Of a stretch of 31,257 bases of DNA, positions 16,975 to 27,300 are shown piece after piece. The notes beneath the pieces were generated by a model. The model was not told the origin of the DNA, ran no database searches, and worked only from the letters and a program-made list of their open reading frames with translations. Source of the DNA: a virus (lineage: Duplodnaviria; Caudoviricetes); the IMG/VR virus record IMGVR_UViG_3300017721_000436, positions 1-31,257 of that record. One strand, given 5' to 3'. The number at the start of each line of letters is the position of its first letter. Within the stretch, counting starts at the first letter, position 1. Both the position numbers and the translations under genes were made by a program.

Positions 16975-19029
16975 ATGGCCGTAGTAAAAGAAGTATTATA
17001 CTATAATTCGTTCTGGTTAAAGCAGTTACAGCAAGATGATACAAATGTAAACGCAGTGGCTGTTTACCCGGGTGGTTATCCTTATAATGATCTAAATACA
17101 TTTGCTCAGCAAGTAATTGGTATATCTTCTTTTACAGCAGGTATAAATTATGGAAAAAAAAATAATTTAACAACAACATATGGAGGTACTGGAACAGGTT
17201 TAACTGTTGATATTATTTCTGTAAGTGGTGGAAATATAACTAAATTAAAAATAAGAAACAACGGTAGCGGTTATTCAAATGGAGAAACGTTAACAATTGT
17301 ACAAACTATAAATGGTGTAGCTGCTAGCGGCGGTACTATTACGCTTAGAGTATTAAACTCGTCTGGATCAACAGGAGTTTCTTATAATTTTCCTGGTGCT
17401 ATAAGTATAGACAGCAACAAAGGTAATTTTGTTGTTGAAGAGTCTAGAATACGAGGTGGCTACAACAATACACAAGTAGGTTTAGGTGCTAAGGCTTATT
17501 TAGTTGAAGAAGAGTCATTGCAACAAAATAGATTTAATTCACTTATATATTCTGGTATATTTAATTCTAGAACAGGTGTAAATGATACAAATCAGTTTTC
17601 TATAGGCGAAGATATTAGTAAGTCAGCACCGCCAGCGTATGGATCTATACAGAAATTACATGCTGATGACAATAATTTAATTGTACTTCAAGAAAATAAA
17701 ATTAATAGAGCTCTTATAGATAAAGACGCTATATATTCCGCTGAAGGAAATGCTACAATAACTTCTAGGTTTCAAGTTATTGGTGAGCTTGTACCTTACA
17801 ATGGTGACTTTGGAATTAGTAGAAACCCTGAGAGTTTTGCAAGTTATGGTTTTCAAAGATACTTTACAGACAAAGATCGTAATAGTGTTCTTAGATTATC
17901 ACGTGATGGCCTTACTGAAATATCTAGGTATGGTATGCTAGACTTTTTTAGAGATGAGCTTACTAATTTACCAGAAACAACAGATCTTGTAATAGGAGCT
18001 AGACAAAATCCTTATACTATAACATCTGCAATACCACCAGCGCCAGCGGCTAATATTACAACTAAAAATATAACAATAAATGAACCTGCAAGCGTACTTA
18101 GTGATGTTCAAAAAGGCATGCAGTTTCTTATAAACAATCTTGAGCAAACAATAAACAATAAAACTGTTTACGTTACTCAAGTTGTAGGTCAGGTAATAAC
18201 GCTTAGTCAAAGCGTAACAATAGCATTAGGCGATGGTATTACTCTTGTAGCGCCTACGCGTGGTCAAATAGTTGGTGGGTATGATATACATAATAAAAAT
18301 TATATAGTATCTATACAACAAAAACCAACATGGGCTGTACCTCTTGCAGATGATGTAGCTACAGGTGAAAATGCTAATTATAAAACTTTAGCTTTTGATG
18401 AGCTTATAAATGGCTGGACTAGTTTTTATACATACAAACCTACGTTTTCTTTAAGTTTAAAAAATAAATACTACACTGTAAAAGATCAAAATATATATGA
18501 GCATTACGCTGCTTTAACCGGTAATAATAGAGGTACTTTTTATGGTGATTATAAGAAATCTAATATAGAATTTGTATTTAATCAAAACTCTTCTATAGCT
18601 AAAAACTTTTTAACTGTAAATTACGAAGGTGATAACGGTTGGCAGGTAGATAGCTTTATATCAGACGCACAAAGATTTGATTATGGATCTCAAAATCCAT
18701 TAGCTAACTATCAAAGTACTAATGATACAGCTCCAATAGTGCGAAGTTATTACGGTGGTGCTTATGATTCACAAGGTAATACATATGCAACAGCTGTATT
18801 AGTACCACCTGTATTTAGATACGGTTTTGATAGAAAAGAAAACAAATACTATGCGGTATTAAAAAATAATAGCGCGGCTACAAATGGAGAAGTGTTATAC
18901 GGAAATCAAATATCAGGTATTAAAGGTAGATTCGCTACAGTAACAATATCTACAGATGATCTTACTGATATAGGTGGCGCGAAAGAATTATGGTCAGTAG
19001 GATCAAGATATGCAGTATCAAGTTATTAA
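16975..19029 (+). CDS. Tail stabilisation-like protein, C-terminal part
   Basis: VEESRIRGGYN, LIYSGIFNSRTGVNDTNQF, YGSIQKLH, FGISRNPESFA, GWTSFYTYKP and KENKYYA motifs, consistent with a beta-propeller tail nozzle. Confidence 0.7.
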   Translation: MAVVKEVLYYNSFWLKQLQQDDTNVNAVAVYPGGYPYNDLNTFAQQVIGISSFTAGINYGKKNNLTTTYGGTGTGLTVDIISVSGGNITKLKIRNNGSGYSNGETLTIVQTINGVAASGGTITLRVLNSSGSTGVSYNFPGAISIDSNKGNFVVEESRIRGGYNNTQVGLGAKAYLVEEESLQQNRFNSLIYSGIFNSRTGVNDTNQFSIGEDISKSAPPAYGSIQKLHADDNNLIVLQENKINRALIDKDAIYSAEGNATITSRFQVIGELVPYNGDFGISRNPESFASYGFQRYFTDKDRNSVLRLSRDGLTEISRYGMLDFFRDELTNLPETTDLVIGARQNPYTITSAIPPAPAANITTKNITINEPASVLSDVQKGMQFLINNLEQTINNKTVYVTQVVGQVITLSQSVTIALGDGITLVAPTRGQIVGGYDIHNKNYIVSIQQKPTWAVPLADDVATGENANYKTLAFDELINGWTSFYTYKPTFSLSLKNKYYTVKDQNIYEHYAALTGNNRGTFYGDYKKSNIEFVFNQNSSIAKNFLTVNYEGDNGWQVDSFISDAQRFDYGSQNPLANYQSTNDTAPIVRSYYGGAYDSQGNTYATAVLVPPVFRYGFDRKENKYYAVLKNNSAATNGEVLYGNQISGIKGRFATVTISTDDLTDIGGAKELWSVGSRYAVSSY

Positions 19030-19038
19030 ATTAAAAAC

Positions 19039-19833
19039 ATGGAACATTTATTAGAAATATTACATAATCTCTGGTACGGACCAGATGTTAAAGGTCTTAT
19101 AAAAGCTGAACCTATTAGTATGGCTACAGTAGGGCTTATTTCAGCTGGCGCTAGTTTACTTGGCAGTTTATTCGGTGGTGGTGGTAAAAAGAAAAGAGCT
19201 AGACGTGCTGCTCAAGAAAAAAGAAGACTACAAAATAAACTAGAAGGTTTAGAAAACTATAGACAGCCTATCATAAATCCTTATAGTAATGTTACTTCAT
19301 TAGAAGGAATGATAACAGACTTATCTGGTATTGCTTCAAATCCGTATGCTAATTTAAGTGTAGCTACACAAGCGGCTGAGTTCCAAGCCGAAGAAGCAGA
19401 TATAGCTTTAGCAAACACTCTTGATACTCTTATGGCTACTGGCGCTAGCGCTGGTGGCGCAACAGCTCTTGCTAACGCAGCTCTTAGAAGTAAAAGAGGT
19501 ATATCAGCAGATATTGAAAGGCAAGAAGCTCAAAACGAACAATTAAAAGCTCAAGGCCAACAACAGTTAGAAAGATTACAATTAGGCGAAGCACAGCGTG
19601 TTCAAGCAGGACAATTTGGCGAAGCTCAACGATTGCAACAAGCAGATGTTTTAGGTCGTGAGTTTGTTTACGGTCAAAAAGAACGTAGAGAAACAGAGAA
19701 AATGAACAGGATTCAAGCTCAAATAACTGGAGCCGCGCAGCAACAAGCTAATTTAGAATCACAATCAGCATCAATGTTTGGTGGGGCTATGAACACGTTA
19801 GGTGGTTTAGGAATGACAATGATGTCTCAATAA
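19039..19833 (+). CDS. Putative ejection (DNA pilot) protein 1
   Basis: Gly/Ala hydrophobic helix (VGLISAGASLLGSLFGGG), then a basic patch, a Gln/Ala coiled coil and a Gly/Met-rich end. First of three genes of rising size after the tail genes. Confidence 0.6.
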   Translation: MEHLLEILHNLWYGPDVKGLIKAEPISMATVGLISAGASLLGSLFGGGGKKKRARRAAQEKRRLQNKLEGLENYRQPIINPYSNVTSLEGMITDLSGIASNPYANLSVATQAAEFQAEEADIALANTLDTLMATGASAGGATALANAALRSKRGISADIERQEAQNEQLKAQGQQQLERLQLGEAQRVQAGQFGEAQRLQQADVLGREFVYGQKERRETEKMNRIQAQITGAAQQQANLESQSASMFGGAMNTLGGLGMTMMSQ

Positions 19834-19843
19834 GGATAATAAC

Positions 19844-21313
19844 ATGGCAAACTTACCAAAATTTTCAGGAAAATACACTACAGCCGGAGCTTACGAAAGA
19901 CCTCAAACTGTTTTAGATAAATCAGGTTTTATATATGCTAAAACTTTATCTGACTTAGGACAAGGTTTTAATAAAGCATTGCAAGGTGTTTTTGACAAAC
20001 GCAACGCTGAAGCTTTACAGGCTAGAAAAAACGAAGAAGAAAACTATAAGTTTCAAACACAACAGCAACAACAGTTGATTGGTCAGTTAGCTAAAGCTGG
20101 TATTAACAATGATTCGTTGTACAAACTTGGCTTTGATCTTATTAGCGCTAACTCTAAATTAAGTTTAGATATAAAGCAAGCACAAACACAAGAAGATCGT
20201 ACTAAGTATATGAATCAGCAAGCTAGAGTAATGCGTAAGCTTGGGGAATATCAAGGTCTTATAGCAGGTATACAAGACTCTGCAAGCACATACAGCTCTG
20301 ATGTTATTGAAAATCCTTCTAAAGTTGGTCAACAAGGTGGCGTGGCTACAGTAGGTACTGATCAAAATAAAGATTACAACTTAGGTATGCCGGCGCTTAC
20401 TGGCGCTACTAAAAATGCTAGTTCTGAATATTATCTTGATGAAGATATGAATTTTAGAATAAGACTTACTAGTGATCAAATATCTAAGCAAACAGAAAAA
20501 GGTTACATAGATCAAGACGCTGGTTTGTTTTTATCTTTTGATCCTCTTACAGTACCTAACATAGATAAAGAAATAAGTGACATGCTTTTAGGCGCTAAGA
20601 TTACAGATAAAAATGGTAACATATCTCAAGAATATGTAGATATAAACAATGCTAAATTCGTTACTAATGACCAAGGTACTATGCGTTACGCTGTAGAAGC
20701 AACTAACGTAGCTGGTGCTATGGCTACAACTCAAAACGCTAGAAACGCTATGATAGGTTCTTACTTACAAGATCCTCAGAAAGCTCAGATTATTTATCAG
20801 CAAGTATTTGGTAATAACGAAAAGCTAGAAATAGGTGGCGGTAGCGAGAGCAGTATGTTTACACCTGAATCAGAAAGAAAATTTGTTGCTGCGTTTGATC
20901 AATACTTCGAAGCTCTTATACCTCAAACTAAAATAGGTAAAGCTCAAGCTGTTACAAGAAAACCATCAGGAGGCAAAACAACTATAGATGTTTCTTTTAT
21001 AGATGATTTAAATATACCGGCAGCTGAAACTAAAATTAACGAAGAAGGCGAAGAAGAAAAAAACTTATATGAGCTAGAAAAAGTATTAAGAGGACAAGGT
21101 TTTGTAGTTAAGAAAAATATAGACGTAGGTGACGAAACAGTTATAGACGTAACCTCTTCTATTAAAGGGGCAGACAACACAGTTCAAATAGATAGTTCTA
21201 TGAGTCCTGATGAAGTAAAAGCGTTGTTAAAACAAATACTAACTGGTACACAACCCAGTAGACAAGAAAGAAAAATGACTCCTCAAGAATTAATAGCATT
21301 ATATTCAAATTAA
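19844..21313 (+). CDS. Putative ejection/internal virion protein 2
   Basis: 489 aa, helical Gln-rich N-half; lies between the pilot-like gene and the giant protein. The call is positional. Confidence 0.5.
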   Translation: MANLPKFSGKYTTAGAYERPQTVLDKSGFIYAKTLSDLGQGFNKALQGVFDKRNAEALQARKNEEENYKFQTQQQQQLIGQLAKAGINNDSLYKLGFDLISANSKLSLDIKQAQTQEDRTKYMNQQARVMRKLGEYQGLIAGIQDSASTYSSDVIENPSKVGQQGGVATVGTDQNKDYNLGMPALTGATKNASSEYYLDEDMNFRIRLTSDQISKQTEKGYIDQDAGLFLSFDPLTVPNIDKEISDMLLGAKITDKNGNISQEYVDINNAKFVTNDQGTMRYAVEATNVAGAMATTQNARNAMIGSYLQDPQKAQIIYQQVFGNNEKLEIGGGSESSMFTPESERKFVAAFDQYFEALIPQTKIGKAQAVTRKPSGGKTTIDVSFIDDLNIPAAETKINEEGEEEKNLYELEKVLRGQGFVVKKNIDVGDETVIDVTSSIKGADNTVQIDSSMSPDEVKALLKQILTGTQPSRQERKMTPQELIALYSN

Positions 21314-21315
21314 AT

Positions 21316-24300
21316 ATGGAAGAATTAGAAGTTATTGTTCAGCGCATGATTGACGCTGGTGAATCAGAGCAAAACATTAAAGCGGTTATACAAGAATATA
21401 ACGCGGGAAAGACAAACGGTGCTGCGGCGAAGGGTGCAACTGCAACACCGAAAACCGGGCAAGCACCCGAGAGTTCGGGCTTAGGTTTGGAAGATTCTTC
21501 TTCGGGATTAAATATTGAAGACTTTTTAGTTACAATAGATGATTTAAAAGACAGTGAAACAAACGTAGTTACGAACTTAAATGATAAATTATCTAGATTA
21601 GGTTTATCTTCTTACACAACAACAAATATAGGATCTACAGATGCTATTAAAATAAGAAAAAGCGGAGATAAAGTAGCTTCTGATTATATGTCTGAAGCTT
21701 TAGATGTTATAGGTTTAGGTGATTTTGTAATGCCTAGTGGTACTTTACTAGATGTTTTTGATTCTTCAAAAGTTGGATCTGATAAATCAGACGAAGAATT
21801 AAAAGAATCTGCAGATAAGCTTAATGAATATATACGCGAAAATGCTAATCTTAGTTACACTAAAGAAGCTAAAAATAAATTTGGTGAAAAATATAAAAAA
21901 GAATTTTTACCATACGTAGAACCTGAAGATTTAAGTAATCAAGAGTTACAATCTAATTATAAAAACAACTTGATTGATAAGTTTAAAAAATTAGAAAGTG
22001 ATACAACAAAAAAACTAGGTGTAAATAAAGAATTTAGAGGACAAGATTTAACTATAACTGAAAAAGATTTTGATAATAAAAAAGACTTTGATCAGTATAA
22101 AAAATACAAAGAAGGTAATCCTCTTGAAAATCTTTCTGAAGATGAACTAGCAATTTACGATGCTGAACGCAAGGCTGAGTATGTAAAACAAAGAGGAGCA
22201 AAATATGCTAGTAATTTAAATAAATCAGATAGACTTGCTTTACAAGCACTACAAGCTGATGATATTGAAAATATAAAACTAAGCGCAGAATCTTTTAAAA
22301 ATTTATCTACTAAGTATGATGGACAATTATCTTCTTATGAAAATTCTTTAGCGGCTTATGAAGCAAACCCTACTTTGTTAACTTTTAAAGCTGCTGAAAA
22401 TAATTTTCAAAACTTATTAGCAACTCAAAACAGTTTACAAGATTTACAAAACAAAGTTGAAAAAGAAAACTTAGAAGAAAAAGCGTCTATAATACCTATA
22501 ACTATACAGGAGTTTAATAAAAACTACAACAGAATGCTTCAGTTAAGAAGTAATTTTAAAAACTTAGGTACTAGTATTTCATATCCATTAGCGCAATTGT
22601 CTATGATGGGTGTTAAAAATTATGATGAAGCTATTGAAGAAACATTTGGTGTTGTTAGTACTTATCAAGAAATGCAAGAAGAATTAGCTTCTTATCAAAC
22701 TACTATAGGTGTAGATGAGATTAAAGATTTAGATGACGCCGGTAGATGGGTTGCTAGTTCTACAACAAACTTGATTCCATCTCTTGCTATGGCAACTACT
22801 GGATCTGCGGCACTTCCTTTGTTTTTTCTATCAGGTGCTGGTGGTTCAGGTTTGGATTTAGCTGTAAGAAAAAAAGATGCAGCAGAAAGAATTATAAGTA
22901 ATAGATCTAGATTAGAATCTGGAGAAGTAACAGATAGCTTTGAAATAAATGCTATTGAACAAGAGATAGCTGAAGATACTAAAACTTTAGGCATAAGTAC
23001 TTTAAGAGGCGTTACTAATCAAGCTCTTGCTGGTATAGCTGAAGTTGCTTTTGAAAGAATAGGTACAATAGCTATATTAAAAGGTATAAAACAAGGTATA
23101 AAAGGTTTACCAAAAGAAACTATAAAAGATGGTTTTAAATTTGCTGGTAAACAACTTTTAAAAGGATCTGCTCAAGAAGGAGCTTCAGAATTAGGTACAA
23201 CGCTGGTTCAAAACTGGGGAGATATATATATACTCGGTGAAGATAAAAATATTTTTGAAGGAGGTTTAGAATCTTTTGCTCAAGGAGCTTTAATGGGTGC
23301 TGGACTTGGTAGTGTAAACGGTTTTAAAGCTGTTAGCCAAGGTATTGCTAGTGAAGCTGCCACTAAAGAAGAAATAAGAAACAGTAAAGAAGTATTAGAC
23401 AAGTTAAGAAAACTTACTGGCCGTCCTGAAATTCAATCTCCTGATGATATAAAGCTAATGAATTTAGATTTATCTCCTGAGATAAAAAGCATGGTAGATC
23501 AATTAACTGGTGAAGCTAATAATGTAACTAATGGCATATTTGAAAGAATAAGCAGTGGTGATTTAAGCTTAGAGCAGTTGTATCAAGTGGGTGAAGTTAA
23601 TAGAAAAATGCGTAAGATAAATAATAGACTTATGAACGCATCTATGTCTAATGCTACGCCTGCACAACTTAAAGCTTTTAAAAGTCAACTTGAATCTGAA
23701 TACAATCAGTTAGCAAATGAAAGAGAAGCTATACTAACTAACGAATCTACATTAGCTAAAAACAGAAAACAAATAAACGAGACGGCTGTAGCTTTTGAAA
23801 GCCAGCAAGGTTACGCGATGTATGATGCTACAATGCGTATGCAAAACGCTACAAATATAGCTAAAGAGTATTCTAATCTTAGTGAAAAATCAAAACAAAT
23901 AGGCTACGATACAGCTCTTGAAGATTTAATAACAGAAGGTGTTGAAGCTCCAACTATAGAGCAAATAAAAGAAAAGGCTTTTGAAAATTACAATGTTGAA
24001 ATAAATACCGAGCTAATAAACAAAGGTGAGAAAAATGCTAAAGCTTTTGCAGAAGCAAATGGATTAAATTTAAATATACAAGTATTTGAAGGTAGTTTAG
24101 AAGAACGTAAAGCCGCTTTAGTAGAAGCTTATCTAGCCAATAGAGCTACTTCTGAATTTGATGGAACTCCTATTAGTCAAGAGCAATTAAATAGTGATTT
24201 AAAATCTTTTCAAAATAAAATAGACAGCGGAGAATTTGAAGCTGTAAACGTAGGTGGTACTATACTTGTTGATAAAACAAACTCTATTAAAAAAGGTAGA

Positions 24301-27300
24301 GTAGGTGTTTTCGCACATGAAGTATTACATAGTTACGCTGCTGAAAAATTTGGTTCTAAAAATGTAAATCAAGCAGGCGAAGCGCTTATAAACTATTTAA
24401 AAAGATATGACCCAGACTTTTCTGCATTGATAGAAGAGCGTATAGGTATATATGAAGGTCGTAGTGATTACTTTGAAGAAGCTATGAATGCTATGTCTGA
24501 TCTGCTAGCAGATGGCGTTGGCGTGACAGAAGCTACAACTGATAGGCTTAGAGGATTTGTAAATAATTTATTAAAACCTCTCGGCAGTAAGTTTCAATTT
24601 AAAACTAATCAAGGTGCTGATGTTCTTAGGTTTATTAAAAACTATAATGCACAAGCTCATTTTGGTAAAGAAGGTACAGCAGAAGATACAGTTGGTGGTG
24701 ATTTTACAGGTGAAAGTTTTTCAAGATCTAGATTAAATGAACTTGCTAGAGATTATAAAAAAGGTAAAATCCAAGCAGATAATGCTGAACTTATAAAACA
24801 ATATAAAAGACTTGCTCTTTCAGGTCCTGGTTTAAACTTTCAAGGATATAAATCAAGAGAGGCTTCGCAACAAGGTTTAAAGGCCATTAAAAAAGAAGAT
24901 GCTGAAAGTTTTGTAATGGAATATCTACCTGGTTTATTACAAAGATATAATCCTGAAAATGCTTTTTCAACTCTTGTTATAGCAAACATAAATCCTAAAC
25001 GTCAAAAGTTTTATCAAGAAGAAATTGGTGATGAAGATGTTACTACTAGAATGTCTGATGAACGCGTTGGTGAAATAGCAGATGAAGGACCAGCTCCTTT
25101 TGAAACTGTGGCTGAAGCTGATGCTGACTTTAAATTAGTTGATAGCATAAAAATAGATGGTCAACCATTATCTAAAGAAACAAAAGATAAAATAAGAGAG
25201 TTTGTTACAGAGCAAACACAAGGTAAAGATCCATTTAATGATAAGTTTAGAAAAGAAGTTTTAAAACCTGATACAGCTTTTGTAAATTTTATTAAGCAAG
25301 AGATATTAGGTGGTAGATCGCTACAAGATTACAGGCAATTTATAAGACAAAACCCTAAGTTTATAAAAGGTTTAGGTATAGGTTCTTTAGTTAGGTTTGA
25401 TACTGGTTTAACTAAGCAAGGTAAGCCTAAGTTGTTTACTGAATTTAATAGAAGACTTACAAAGCAAAAAGAAATAGAAAAGTTTATGATGCAAGGTAGA
25501 GTTGCTTATGTAACTCCACAGCAAATGAAAGCAGGCGCAGACTTATATAATAGACTAAAACCTACTGAAACTCAACTTGCTAATTTTCTTACAGGTGGTA
25601 CAGCTCAAACTGTTAGCAATAGAAAAACAGCTATAGCTAAAGCTATTGCAACTAAGTTTATTGCAGAGGCTACACCTAGCACTCAAGCATTTCAATCAAA
25701 ACCATTAGCTGAACAAGCTAAGATGGCCGAAAAGTTGCAAGTGTCACCTACTGCTAAGTTTGCTATAAGCAAGCGCGCTAAGTTTGACAAAGAAACTCTT
25801 GTAAAAGTTACAGAAGCAAGAGATATAAATAAGGTATTAAAAATATTAGGTTTAGAAAGTGCTAGTATAAATGACGAAAATAGAGCTATAGTTCAACAAG
25901 CTTTTAAAGAGGCCATTGAAAAATATAAATTAACACCAAGAGTGTTTTTAGCAGGAAGTTTTGGTTCTAGTGGAGCTCAAAACACTAGAAGATCTAATGG
26001 TGATGTTTATTATAAGCTTACCAACGGTCAAGAAATAAAAGGTGTGCCTCGTTTAGATTCTGAAGGTAATCAGAAAAGAAATATAAATGGTAAAAAATTA
26101 TTTAATCCACCTACAGCAAAACAAGTACAAGATAAATTTGTAGAAGAAGTTAGTTTAGTTGCCGCTAGAGGTAGATTATATTATGGCGTTAAAGATCCAG
26201 CTTATATAGCTGCTTTAAAATCTGCTGAAAATAATTTAGATAATAAAAAAGAAGATAAAGCTAAAAGAATTCCTATAAAATTAGTTGATACTGCTAAAGG
26301 TAGAGATCAAGCGAAAACAAACATGCTTGTTCTTGAAGATGTTATCAACCAATTAGATAAAGCTGTTAAGGCAGGCATGCCCGTAGAATTAGCCTCTATG
26401 GTTATAGCTCAAGGTTACCAAGCAACAACCGGTCTTATTAAAATAGCAGCGCCATTTAGATATTTTTCTAAAAATCTACAATATGGTACTAGCGCTAAAC
26501 AAAAAACAGGTGATAAATTTAGAGAAGAACACAACCCTCCAGCGTCTGTAGTTGGTGCTTCAATTATATATGGTTTTGCTACTAATAATACTAGCGAAAT
26601 AATAGCTGATATTAAAAAGAATTACTATCAAACTAAACTTTCTAAAGCTGACGATCAAAGATTAGACGATGCTAGGCTAGATGCAACATTACCCACTGGA
26701 ACAACTATAGCAGATAATTCTGCTATTAGATTTATAGAAGCTGGTATTGATCTTAACAGTATTGTTAATTACGAGACAGGTCAAACTATGGCTGAAGAGC
26801 TAGGCGTTGTTTTAAAACCTAGTGATGTTAATCCAGACACTATATTTGATCAAAACGAGATACTTAAAACAGTATTAGATGGTACTATAACTGCTAAAGC
26901 AGGTCAAGATTTATTAAACGAAATAGCTAAGTTAAAATCTGTACCACAAGCATCTAATAAAAATAACAAAGAAAATAGTGTTATTAGTTACAGTATATCA
27001 AAGCCTAATCCAGAGGTGTTAAATAATCTTGACAACGCTGATAAGGCTATGACTAATGCTAGAAATCCTGAGGCACCTGTTAAAAAGATACGTGTGTTTG
27101 ACTTTGATGATACATTAGCTAGATCTAATAGTAAAGTATTGTATGAAATGCCAGACGGTACAGAAGGCTCGTTAAGCGCTACACAGTTTGCTGAAAGAGC
27201 TGGAGAGCTAGAATCTCAAGGAGCTACATTCGATTTTGCAGAGTTTAGTAAAGTAGTTGATGGTAAAAAAGGTCCTGTGTTTAAAGCTATAGAAAACATA

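Noticed and set aside
11047-19833. Five consecutive genes in the same reading frame as a possible readthrough polyprotein
   Set aside because: They are separated by TAA or double stops, each with its own ATG and AT-rich leader; probably coincidence.
27097-27117. DFDD as the catalytic DxDxD motif of a crAss-type virion RNA polymerase
   Set aside because: The sequence is DFDDT, not DxDxD. It follows a hydrophobic strand and is followed by HAD motifs II-IV, so a HAD phosphatase fits better.
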